A stretch of DNA of 63,721 nucleotides, counting the filler, from Octopus bimaculoides (taxonomy: Eukaryota): the NCBI RefSeq assembly GCF_001194135.2. It is 5 parts of 5 records of this genome, joined end to end, with 100 filler letters (N's around TTAATTAATTAA, not from the genome) between each part and the next. Parts side by side here need not be neighbours in the genome. Positions count along the whole stretch, not along the records: positions 31,988 to 52,874 come from NC_068991.1; 4 more parts are not named here. One strand, 5' to 3'. A program made the position numbers and the translations under genes. Positions 35,668-48,109 of the stretch are shown in pieces (the first letter of the stretch is position 1; every line of letters starts with the position of its first letter). The notes under the pieces were generated by a model. The model was not told the origin of the DNA. It made no database searches and saw only the letters and a program-made list of their open reading frames with translations.

Positions 35668-38600
35668 AGATACTCTTTTACTTGTTTCAGTCAGAGGCTA
35701 GGGCCATGCTGGAACACTGCCTTTCAGTGCTTTTGGGTCTCCTTTTGGTACTGTTTTTAGTGAAGAAGCAAGTTGGTTGAAGCTGCTCTTTTTTTGGGCT
35801 TCCTGCCAAGATGTGGGCTCATCTTAGATTTCAAATAGAAAATTTGTCCAAGTGCTTTTGAATGTTTCTACATCTATGCCTTGCAGATCTCTTAGGTTCT
35901 TGGCAGGATGTTAAACAGTTGTGATTCCCTGAAACCCAAGCTGTTGCAATACTGGGTCTTTATCTGAGATGAAAAAGATGATATCTTTGGTATTATGCAG
36001 TGCTGTCCAGTTTGGTGGTTGGTATAACTTTTAATTCCAAAATTGAGAGCTAGACCTTCCAGGATCTTCCATATGTATATCACTGCAGACCTTTCTTGCT
36101 TTCACTCCAGGTAGTAGAGTTTCAGTTCTTGTAGCCTCTCCCAGTAGCTCATCGGTTTCACTAAGTCAATCTTCTTTGTGTGGTGGCACTGGAATGTGTC
36201 AAGTTCCACCACTAATTTGATGCTCTGTGGTGACCACAGTTGAGAGCAATAATCCAGACAGTTGAGGACAAATGTTCTCCATGGGAGTAGCAAGGTATCC
36301 TTATTTCTGGTTTTGAATGATCTAAGGATCCATCCAGCTACTCACCTGCACAGTGTTGCCATCTTGGTGATATACATATACAATGTTGCATCATTACTCA
36401 TTTGGATTCCCAGATAATGCACCGATTCTAACTCTGAAATTACACTACCCACTGGTTGTGTGTATTCTGATTGTACTCTGTTTGTGGGCCGAGAGTCACT
36501 ACAAACAGTAGTGGTCCCAGCACAGTTCCCTGAGAAACTCTGCTACAGATTGATGTCTCCCCAGAGACCATTGGTTGTAACTGCCTTACTTCTGTCCTTT
36601 AAAAAGTCATATCGTCACACTCCCAGTTTTTCAATGATACCAAGGTCACATAGTTTGTGACATATCATCCCATGATCAACTTTGTCAAAAGCCTTGGCAT
36701 AGTTGAGATATATCACATCCACATTTGAGTGGTTGAGCCGCTGTTTTAGTAACTAATTATAATATTGGAGTATCAATGTGAGGCAATTCCTCCTTGGACA
36801 AAAACCATATTGTGTGTTTGTGAATAAGTTATTCTCTTCCAGGAATGTAAACAGTCTCTTTCTGATAATGTGTTTCATGACCTCAATAACATGTGAAGTA
36901 AGAGAGATAGGCCTGTAATTTTTAGTATCCTCTCTGCTTCCTCCTTTATGGACGGGGCATATGATACCCTCTTTTAACAGTATGGGATGTTTTCCACATG
37001 CAAAGAGACTCTGAAAAAGTATCTGCAGTGATTTTGTGAGAGTTCTCTTGCATCTTTTTAGGAGAAAAGATGGAAATCCATCCAGGCTCATTGCTGAATA
37101 TGAGCTCATCTCATCAATAGCTAATATTACATCTTCCTCTTTAATGTCGATGTAATCAATGGTTGCCTTTTTCCCATATAGGTCTGCAGTGTTGAAGAAT
37201 TCATTAGGCTTGCCTACTTGCCAGTTTCCCAATGGAGAGGTGAAGACTCTCTGGAATTGCTTATTTATTATTTCCCTTATTCTCTTGGGGTCTGTGTTAG
37301 CAAGCCGTCTTCTTCAAACAGTGGCCCTATATTGTAGTGTACCAAGGCAGACTCTTTTGCGAACTTGTAGAAGGCTTTAGGATTTATTTTTATATTTTCT
37401 GCCACCCTGGTTTCTCTTTCTACCCTTTCCTTTTCATGGAAGAGCCTGAGTTTATTTTTGATCTCTAAAAGTCTCTCTTCTAGGATGGATTTCTTGCTGT
37501 CAATAAGTTGTTTATTTAAGCAATTGGAGATCTTTATTCTCTGTCCCATAAGAACTCACCTGTCTTGAAGAATGATGTTTTTGTATGTGGTTTCTCTCTT
37601 CTCTGGGACAAATTTGATGCATGTGGCTCACATTATTGACATGAATATTTAAAGTTTCATATTAATGTCTTGCATAGGGAGCCTCTTAGGCCAATTTTGC
37701 TGGATAATCTGTTTTTAAACTGACTTCCAGTCAATCTTGTAGAAGTTCAGACAAGACAGTTTGGGTGCCATCAGTGTGGAATACATCATCAATTAGTTTT
37801 GGACTATACACCATCAGTTCTACCATGTTGTGGTTTGAGAAGATTGTTGGTGTTATCTTCACGTTGTTGGTGAAACAGAGGTTGGGGAGAGTATTGTTTG
37901 CTCCATGAACAGCATTTTGTAAAGTCAAGGAGTGATTCTGCTTGGTTATGCTCTTTGCATGTCGTACCTAAGATTATGTGGCCTTCAGGCCATTTTATGT
38001 TGGGGAAGTTGAAGTCACCCATCAGAAGTATATTAAAACTTTGATCCAGTTTCTTTTATCATTGTAAGACTTTCCTAAAATTTACTGTCATGATTTGAGG
38101 CATCAGATGGGCAGTACATTGTGCATATTACCACATTAAGCTGCATTTAATGCACTATACGTGTATCACAGACCAAGTTTGTGTGTGACAACAAGGTTAG
38201 TGGTGTGACATCTTCATGAATGTACAATGTAACTTCACCATGACTCCTTTACCTTCTGTCTGCATGGAACACAGCATACATTGTGTCATTTATATCTGCA
38301 GAGAGATGTGTCTCTGTAGGTGTAATGCATATTGCTTACAGAAAGATCCCTCAGCTATGCAATTTTTTGATTGTTGTTGCTTTATAGGAAGCCTCTAATA
38401 TTTATTAAAAGAATTAGTGTGATTGTCACCTTTGCTGTAATGGTGGCCATCCCGGGTCTGTTATTTGTGGCAGTCTTGTATGTGGGTCTGTGTAGCTTAG
38501 TTGTCTTTGCAACTATGCCAGCTGCTGATCCATCTTTTGTGCCACACCTAAAAAATTCTGTAGCTCGATGGTTGCAGTTTGCACTGCATCTGTATATAGT

Positions 38601-39200
38601 TTTTCGGTCTTGTTGCAGGCCTGTATTGGGGTAGCTTTTCTTGGAGGTTTTTGTGTTTATTTTCCAATTCCTCCCTCTCCATAAACTTGAGTATCTTCAT
38701 GCATGTTGGCCTTTTTAGTGCCGTCCTTATTGGGTTGTCAACCTGATTGTTCAGTGTTGGAACTATCTATATTAGGTATTCTACCCGAGGATTCACTATT
38801 TTAAAAAATGGTATCCAGCTTCTGTAGATGTGGTCTGATGGGTGCGCAGGAGCAGACAAATTCACTTTTCTTCTGCTCTATTTGCATCATGGACCTGCTG
38901 GATACTGTGCCTTTTTGGGGCCACAGTGATAACATTGTTGGGAGGATCATTCAAGCTCTGATCTATCTCAGAAGTGTTCCAGTTTCTTGACAGCATCTTT
39001 GCTGTACTATTCACTCCCTTCTGCATGCTGTGTGGCTATATATATGATCTGTACATATGTGTGGAGAGAACAGAAAGTGAGAACTGGGAGGGAGAGATAA
39101 AGAGAGGGATTCAAAGTATAGAGACAATTATGGTAAATATATATATATATATATATACACATTACAGAGATAATAAGCATGCAGAGATTATTCTAATACA
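35668..39200 (-). mobile_element. CR1-group LINE, near full length but decayed (ORF1 remnant, APE endonuclease, RT, C-terminus, 3' tail)
   Basis: APE motifs LINIRG, TETHL, DRR*RSHGEV and MGDFNFP. RT motifs PVHKGGSREDTKNYRPISLTSH and QYGF. C-terminal LDYCSQLWSP and SYWERLQELKLY. Tail CCAGCATGGCCCTAGCCTCTGACTGAAACAAGTAAAAGAG at 35668-35724. Confidence 0.93.
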
Positions 39201-39699
39201 GAGATAATTTTAGTGAAGATGTAAAGTTACATGTATATTTATTTGTTTATTTATAAGTGTATACACACTTACATGTATTTATGTCCACACATAGTACATA
39301 TGTATACAAATATAGCCAGACAGCTACACAGGGTGAATAGATAGATACAAAAGATGGGAACGTTTCACATGATGGGAAAATATGGTATGTGTAATCAATT
39401 ACCGTCCCATTCACCAATCACAAAAGATGTATGCAGTTAATTAATTAATTGCTTAATTAAGTATTTAATTACTGCTTTCCTAGAAATCTATAGATATATA
39501 GATCAGACACCTTACTGTATATAAATAAAGAAAGTAATGCTGCATGAGAAAAAGTAGGTTATGTTTACCGTTATACAGAAATCTGTTACATGTAAACTAA
39601 AATCGATCTTACCTTAAAATTTCTGGCTTTCAACAAATCACTATGACCAAAAAACAAAAATTGCATACATACATTTTTTCCCTGACTTATTCTCTGAGA

Positions 39700-40141
39700 G
39701 AATCGAATTTACTTTCATCAAACCAAGTGAAATCATAGTCGTGGCTATTGCTAATGGCATGTGAATGGCACCTGTGAAATCATAATTGTAATCATGGCCA
39801 TTGCCAGTAGCGTGATCTTCGAATGTCAGGACTCATGGAGGTGATGACAAGTGACTGAGACCATTGGTGATAAGCTGTACTTGAGAAGACTTGTCATGCC
39901 AATTGAAATCATAGTTGTGGATGTTGCCAGTGTCATGTAAATAGCAATTGTGTCAGTGGTGTGTAAAAAGCACCCATTACACTTTCAGAGTGGTTGGCAT
40001 TAGGAAAGGCATCCAGTCATAGAACTCATGCCAAATCAAACTGGAACCTGGTCCAGCCCTCCAGCTTACTAGTTCCTGTCAAACCATCTAACCCATGCCA
40101 GCATGGAAAGTAGAAGTTAAATGATGAAATGATGATGATGT
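39700..40141 (+). mobile_element. RTE LINE 3' terminal fragment (C-terminus, 3' UTR with repeated module, (TGA)n tail)
   Basis: Translates MTSD*DHW**AVLEKT, matching the end of the RTE at 50690-51540. UTR TTAGGAAAGGCATCCAG...AACCCATGCCAGCATGGA. Repeated CAAGTGAAATCATAGT modules. Confidence 0.7.
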
Positions 40142-40448
40142 TACAAGTAGAGAACTTCAATTTTTGTTTTGATAATTCACAGAGGTTTTGACCCCACGTG
40201 GTAACATAAGAGTTTTTAAGTAAACAACACAAATTTTGTAATTTTGACTTTTTCCATCAAAAATTCTATCTGTGCAGTGTTTTAATTTTTTTGTGGTGCA
40301 TAGAATTTCCTCAGGATGGAATCAAAATTGATCACTAAGAAATACTGACACATTTCTGAGTAATTTCCTTGAAGATTTCCAAGACAAAGTGAATGTATGT
40401 GTTATCAACAAGCTGCTATCTTTATCCCTTATTATATAAAATAGACCT

Positions 40449-40586
<138 letters not shown>

Positions 40587-40909
40587 GCTTTTCACATGAA
40601 AATGGCTTCACGAATTGCTTCCATACTTGGGATGCATGAATAATTTGATCTCAGATACCTAATAGGGTCATCAGTTTATTTTTTATTAAAAATAAATAAT
40701 ATTGCTTTATATTTATGATTCACTTCTTTAAAAACGTATCTGTGTCAACATGTGGCTAAATATTTGTTATGTTTTTGGTCCTCCCGAGATTACAGATAGG
40801 ACTTGCTTTTTATATTGTGTCCACGTACAAGCTTTTCATCTCTCTATACTTTTTACTTATATGTCTTATATATTTTTTATATATCTTTTTACATATTTAT
40901 AGAGATATT

Positions 40910-41560
40910 GTTTTATAGTTTTATTGCTCATATTTTTTTACACATATTTTTTCTGTATTTTACCTTCCCTGCTGCATTTTTCTTGTGCGTAGACGTGTAT
41001 ATGGAATTTTTTGTGTGCGTGTATGGATGTGTGCAAGTATGTGTGTATATAAACGTGTGTGTGTGAATGCATGCAAGTAAGTGTGTATATAGACGTGTAT
41101 ATGAACCTTTTTCGTGTGCGTGCGAGCGTATGAGCATGTGTGCGTGTATGTATAAATTATTTTTGGCGAATGTGTGGGTGCACATGTGTGTTTCAAGTGT
41201 GGACGAGCATATGCACATAGGCACATGTATGTGGGTGTGTGTGTGCATATGTGTATGTATGGACATGTGCACATGTGCGTTCGCCATGGGCATATTTACT
41301 CCTTTACTTTTTATTCTTATTGCTTATTTTTTACACTTTTTTCTGTATTTTGCCTTTAACCTTGTTTTTCTTGTGCATGTGTGTATATAGATGTATTATG
41401 AACCTTTTTGGTGAATGTGTGGGTGAGCATTTGTGTGTTTCAAGTGAGGGTGGATGAGTATATACATATAGGCACATGTACATGGGTGTGTGGGTGTGCA
41501 TGTGTATGTATGGACATGCGCGCTTACACAATTGCTATGAACATTTTTACTCCCTTACCT
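40910..41560. repeat. Complex two-unit tandem duplication built from decayed TG repeats
   Basis: 41160-41267 recurs at 41405-41518, and 40910-40990 recurs at about 41305-41380. Confidence 0.75.
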
Positions 41561-41677
41561 TTACTCCCTCCCCTTACTGAGCAGTCATTCTAATAGCTCT
41601 TTTGTCTTAATAACGGTCAATCACACAATAATTTCCCTTTGTTTAATGGTCATTTTCATAGCATTTTTTGATGGCCC

Positions 41678-41738
41678 GATAACTGAAGAGGTGCTAACAT
41701 GGGATTCCACCCTGACATCCGAAGCTCTGAGTTTTATC
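41678..41738 (+). ncRNA. Type I hammerhead motif with one core substitution (A15.1 to G)
   Basis: GATAA CTGAAGA [GGTGCTA...TGACATCC] GAAGC TC T GA GTT TTATC: perfect 5-bp stem I, and stem III matches 33457-33505 except at that position. Confidence 0.7.
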
Positions 41739-42512
41739 ATGGCTACTGAATAATTGTCAGATAAATTCCTCTATTTACATAATACTGAGGTCTCTTTCAT
41801 TCTTTTGTTGTCTTACCATTTCTATCAATATATATATATATATATACTCTCTCTTTCCTTTCCTGAGCGTCCAATAATACTATCCATATCACGTCCTCAC
41901 TTTGTTGTTTTTTTGTTTNNNNNNNNNNNNNNNNNNNNNNNNNNNNNNNNNNNNNNNNNNNNNNNNNNNNNNNNNNNNNNNNNNNNNNNNNNNNNNNNNN
42001 NNNNNNNNNNNNNNNNNNNNNNNNNNNNNNNNNNNNNNNNNNNNNNNNNNNNNNNNNNNNNNNNNNNNNNNNNNNNNNNNNNNNNNNNNNNNNNNNNNNN
42101 NNNNNNNNNNNNNNNNNNNNNNNNNNNNNNNNNNNNNNNNNNNNNNNNNNNNNNNNNNNNNNNNNNNNNNNNNNNNNNNNNNNNNNNNNNNNNNNNNNNN
42201 NNNNNNNNNNNNNNNNNNNNNNNNNNNNNNNNNNNNNNNNNNNNNNNNNNNNNNNNNNNNNNNNNNNNNNNNNNNNNNNNNNNNNNNNNNNNNNNNNNNN
42301 NNNNNNNNNNNNNNNNNNNNNNNNNNNNNNNNNNNNNNNNNNNNNNNNNNNNNNNNNNNNNNNNNNNNNNNNNNNNNNNNNNNNNNNNNNNNNNNNNNNN
42401 NNNNNNNNNNNNNNNNNNNNNNNNNNNNNNNNNNNNNNNNNNNNNNNCTGAGGTCTCTTTCATTCTTTTGTTGTCTTACCATTTCTATCAATATATATAT
42501 ATATGTATATAT

Positions 42513-45178
42513 ATGGTGGTTGTCTACTCCTTATGCAGAGTTTGACCACCTCCTGTACCTACACCTTAGAACCATCATGGCATTTGATGTGGCTTTTTAA
42601 AGCAGACAATGTTCTGAAAAGACACTCACATAGATTGCACATCCGATTTGGACCACCAAGAGCTGCAGATAAGTTCTGATCTTTGTGGATCTTAAAATGT
42701 GTTTTGAGGCCTTTGTTAGATTTGCAAACCTTCTGGCATACAGTGCATTCAAAGGCAGAGTAGTTGGTGGAGGTTCATTTTCCATGGGTTCGCAAATGAG
42801 ATTTGAGCTCAACAAAAGAAAGGCATAGTCTATCACAAACTGTGCACACAAACAGGTCATTGTGATCCACCTTCTTGATCATAATATTCCTCCTTAAATC
42901 TCTTTTGAGTCCTGCATGTATTATCCTGGCCTCTTCACACTTATGTTCGCCATCCAGCTCAATCCTTAGCAAGGGTTTCTATGTCCTATGGATTCATTCC
43001 AACTGACTTCATAGTAGTCTTTACACCATCCTTAAACCTTTTATTGGTTTACGCCAATAGTGTTTCCCTTCTGCAAGCTCACTAAAAAACAGCTGTTTGG
43101 GCATGCATTCATCTGCCATTTGGACCATATGGCCACACCATTTCATTTGGTTTCTCAACATCATTGCTTTAATTGAGGTGATGCCTGCAGATGCAAGGAC
43201 ATCTGTGTTTAAATTCCATTTAATGTTTAAAATGCGATGAAGGCATTTTTGGTAGAATTGTTCTAACAATTTAAAATTCCTTTCATAACAAGTCCATGTT
43301 TCACACGAATACAACAGGGGTGGTAAGACAAATGATTTATAAAGAGCCAGCTTATTGCTATTTATATGTTGCTGGCACCAAACACGTGACTTCAAGCCAC
43401 TAAGTACTTTTGCTGCCCTTTGAATTTACAGATGTATTTCTTTATCAAGATTTCCATCATTTTGTACAGAGCTTCCAAGGTAGATGAACAAATCGACAAC
43501 CTCAAGTAACTTACCCTTAACAAAAATTTTAGTGGGGTTACAAATAGCACCACACGCAGCTTGATGAATTTCAACTGTTTTTTTTTTCAAGTTGAAGGTC
43601 AAGCCAAATTCATCACCAGCAGAGTCAAATGCAGATACAAGAGATTGCAGACCTGTTTCAGAATGACTGTCAAGATCACAATTGTCAGAGTATAAAAGTT
43701 CCTTAATGAGTGAAGTAAAAACCTTCGTCTTCAATTTCAGTTTGGTCAGATTAAAAACATTCCCTGCTGTTCAATATTTGATGTAAATACCCTCCTCAGT
43801 ATTTTGAAAAGCGTGTGACAACACAACAGCAAAGTATATTGCAAAGAGGGTGGGTGCATCAAGGTCTCCTTGCTTTACTCCATTTTCCATGGCAAAAGAT
43901 TCAGAGAGCCTATCACTAAAGATAACTCTAGCTTTCATACCTTGATGCAAAGCCCTGATCATGTTTACAAATTTTTCTGGGCTACCTATTTTCCTTAGAA
44001 TTAGCCACAGAGCATTCCAATTAACAGTATTGAGTGCTTTGCTCAAATCAACAAAGCAATGGTATTGAAGATTCTGTTCAATGCAATTTTCTTGCAATTG
44101 TCTGATAGTAAAGATACAATCAGCTGTTCTCCTGGAGGAATGAAAACCACACTGAGACTCAGACACTATATTTGGAACTATGAAGGTATTTAAACATTCT
44201 AACAAAATGCGGGCGAGCACCTTTCCAACCACAGACAAAAGTGAAATCCCATGAAAATTACCACACAGATCCTTTGGCCCCAATTTATACAAGGAGACTA
44301 AAATGGCATCAATCCAGTCTTGAGGCACTTTCTCACTTCTCCAACAGTGACAAACTAATATATTTAAGAGTTCAAACATTTTGTCACCCCCATATTTCAA
44401 GACTTTTGCACAGATTCCATCAGACCCTGGAGACTTATTGTTATTCAGCTTATTCACAGCTAAATAAATGTCATTTATAGTTGGTCAAAATGCCATCTCT
44501 TCTATAACTGGAAGGTGTTCAATTTTTTCTATTGTCCTCATGTCAGTGGATGATGGTCTATTCAAAAGTGCAGCAAAATGTTCTACCCAGTGCTTATGAA
44601 TAGTAGTGGCATCAGTCAGAAGCAAACATCCATTTGCTGTTCTCACTGGAGCTATTGAGAAATAGTTTGGGGCCATATACCTCCTTAATGTAAGAGTACT
44701 AACTCTTGGCATCATTTCTATCAGTTGCTTCTTGTGTTCCACCATTCCAGTTTAATTCTCCTTAGAGCAGTCTGCACTTTCCCTTTCAGCTTTCTGTTAG
44801 CTTCGTTTGAGTTGGGGTTCAAGGACTGAGAAAGAAGTGTATTGCCTGAGTTTTGTTTTTCTAAAAGTAGATCATGAATTTCTGCTGATCTACCTGAGAA
44901 CCAATCACTGAACTTACACGATTTAGATCCCACTGATGAACTCGCAGCCTGAAATACTTTTGTTTTGAAATCTTCCCATAGATTGTTTGGGTCAAGATTG
45001 ATACTTTCTATAGCATCATGGAATCTTTGCAAGTTGCTTGATAATTTAATGTTTGCAACATTTTACTTTTTTGGTACCTTAGGACCAGACTGTCGATTTT
45101 TAGGCATTAACAAAAAATTAATTTTTCCACGCACTAGCTCTCTGCTCCTCTCATGGCCCGAACACTAAAAACATCTTT
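42513..45178 (-). mobile_element. RTE LINE (APE end, RT, three C-terminal C2H2 fingers), 5'-truncated and frameshifted
   Basis: NKSPGSDGI, NFHGISLLSVVGKVLARILL, ESQCGF, GVKQG, LLYSDNCDL, LLYSCETW and QMKWCGHMVQM, then C2H2 fingers at about 42575-42860 and a (TA)n tail. Confidence 0.95.
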
Positions 45179-45589
45179 CATATCACATTTTCGTATCAAA
45201 ATATAATCTATGTATATATATACACACACACATAAATACATAGTTACAAGGATGTACACAAACCAGCACTGGTTGTGACGCAGTGGTGGTAGACTAATAC
45301 AAACATAATGTCACACACATAAATTTATATATTTGAACTTGGTTCAGCAAAAGAACTAATAGAATAAGTGCTAGGTTTAAAAAATAAGTACTAAGGTTGA
45401 TTTGTTTGACAATACCCTTCAAGACAGGAAACCTGTGTGGGATGCTCTCTCCCACCTCTGTCTAGTGGTTTATCTCCTGGTAAACGTGGCAAGTGTAAAG
45501 GAAATGAATGACAGTGAAGTAATTGCAGGTTGAAACCTATTTGAACTTATATGATATATCTTGGAAACATCCATTCAAGCCTTTTTTTC

Positions 45590-47530
45590 AAATGCAGAAC
45601 ACAATCCTCCACTCCTGCATTTCTTCTGCCCACACCTTCCATACCCTTAGAGTTGACACACTCAATATAGGCACATTGAAAGGTAGGTCTGGTGAGATTG
45701 TTAAGATGTGTAGAGGTGTGTAGATGTGTGTTGCATCCAAGAAGTAAGGTGGAGAGGGGGTTCTGCCAGGTTCTTCACAGTCAAAGAGCATAGGTATAAA
45801 ATATTCTGGGTAGGGAACACTGATGGTGTTGGTGGTGTAGGCATACTTCTTACTGAAAAATGGGTTGATAAGGCAATCAAGATAGTCAGAGTGTGTGCTA
45901 GAATACTTATGCTTAGACTACTTTTGCCAAGTGGAACAGCAACTATTATTTCGGCCTATGTCCTTCAACCAGGACTACCTGATGAACAGAAAGATTGATT
46001 TTATGACACCCTTTTGCAAACCACCTTGTTGACAAAATGATGGTGACCTTCTCTTTGTGGCTGATGACTTCAATTGACATGTTGGGCAACATCCAGGTGA
46101 CTTCCATAGCATGTATGGTGGCAATGGATTTAGTTCCCACAATTAGGAGGGAATCAGGTTGCTGAAGTTATGTGATGCAAATAACTTTATGATATGCAAT
46201 ACTTTATGATCTGCAATACAGTCAACTGTTCACATATCAACCTTGTGGACATACTAGCAAGGTTCTCTACATTCTTGCCAGTAAACAGGAAAGATGGTTG
46301 CTTCATCATCATAATGATCATCATTTAACATCCGTTGTCCACGCTGGCATGGGTTTGACGGTTTGACTAGGGCTGGTAAGCTGAGAGGCTGTGTCAGATT
46401 CCAGTTTGATTTGGCATGGTTTCTACAGCTGGATGCCCTTCCTAACACCAACGACTCTGAGAGTGTAACAGGTGCTTTTTACATATCACTGGCATGGGTG
46501 CCAGTTGCATGACACCAGTATCTGCCATGATTATGATTTCACTTGGCTTGATAGATCTTCATTCTCAAGCACAGCATATTGCCAAAGGTCGCAGTCATTT
46601 GTCATTGTCTCCATGAAGCTCAGTGCTCAAAAGGTGTTCTTTATATGCCACCAGCACAGTTGCGAGTTCTGTGACAACAGCATCAGCCACATTGCCTCTG
46701 TGAGGCCCAACGTTTGAAAGGTGCTTTTTTCATGCCACAGGGATGGGTGTGAGTTATGTGACACCGACAATGGCCGCAACTATGATTTCACTTTGCTTGA
46801 TGGGTCTTTGCAAGCACAGCATAATAAATGCCAAAACTTTCCCAGATGAAGAATGCAACCCTCAATGTCGGTTAGTCATTAGCGACTTCAGAATCAGGAA
46901 TAAAAGGCTGCCAAAAAGACAAATAGTGCGGAAAAGAAAGGTCTAGAAGCTTAAGGATCTTTTGAGTGGTTAGAGATTTAAAGATGTGTTACTTGAAGCA
47001 TTTAATGAAAAAATGTGAGAGAAAATCGTGATGTCATAGCAGAGAAGTGTCCACATGAATGATGGTTCACTTGCAGTTAGTGATTCTGCAAAGAAAGAAG
47101 CTTGGAAATGCCATTATGAAAGGCTACTAAACGTAGACAATGCATGGAAGAAGGGAGAGTCTGCCTAATGTAAACCCAGCTGAGGGACCAACTATCCAAA
47201 TCAACAATAGCTTGGTTGATAAAGCAATTGAAGACAAGAAAGCTGCTAAAACGCTTAAAATATCTGGCGAAGTGGATTTGGCCTAGTTACTGATATAGTT
47301 AATTAAGTCATACTGAATGACTGGTGTAACAATACCATAGTCAACTGCTACAAAGGTAAAGGTGATGCCTTAGACAGAAATAATTAGAGGTACCAAATTG
47401 CTGGACCAGGTGATAAAAGTTACAGTGAGGATTATAGCTCAATTAATTAGGAAGAGAGTTAGCCTAGATGAGATGCAGTTTGGTTTTGTGCCTAGTTGCC
47501 TATATTCCTGATAAGGCAACTTCAGGAGAA
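45590..47530 (+). mobile_element. RTE LINE 5' part (APE endonuclease to start of RT), interrupted by an insertion
   Basis: TLNIGTLKGR, CCIQEVRWRG, GVGGVGILL, IISAYV, CNPQCRLVISDF, YKGKGDALDRNN*RG and LDEMQFGFVP. Confidence 0.9.
46305..46812 (-). mobile_element. RTE 3' terminal fragment inserted antisense into the RTE endonuclease
   Basis: Same UTR and tail as 39700-40141. The host frame is split between ...ERWLL and INAKTFP. Confidence 0.75.
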
Positions 47531-48109
47531 GTATTTAACCAAAACCAATTAATTGCCTAAACATTGAGACTTTATTCTTTCGTAAAGTTTGTACAGTAGT
47601 TTGGACACAATGAAACATTAACAAATTCTGTTGGGATGTCATTTCTCAATCATCCTGGTAATTAAGCTTAGACCATCATTGGTTATATGACTTCGTTGTG
47701 TGTTGGTTCTCCTCTGGGAGGCTGCATCCTGCAACTAATCTCAATGACAGCTCATACCCTTCTAATTCATAAAATGTTTGTTGAACCAGTTTATTGAGAA
47801 AAAGAGGCTCCAGGGCACATACAGAAATTGTCACTTAAAATATGTTACATGCAATGTGAATGGACTTTCAATCAAATTTCTGTGCAAAACCTAACTAATC
47901 ATGACACAGGGCTGAGTAACTGGCCAAAATCTCATGTGATGGATATTTTAGCCAACTGCAACAAATTAGTGTGGTGGGCCAATTATTAAATGCTTGCTAT
48001 ATTTATAAACAAAACTTAATGCTCTTTTTATGTAACAATACAATCTGGTCTTGCTACACAACATTTCTTGAAGAAGTTTTTAATTCTTCTTAAATCTTTT
48101 GCTGAAATA

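Noticed and set aside
40910-41560. CRISPR-like or regulatory array
   Set aside because: Only two degenerate units of TG-derived sequence with no constant repeat/unique spacer pattern; the context is eukaryotic.
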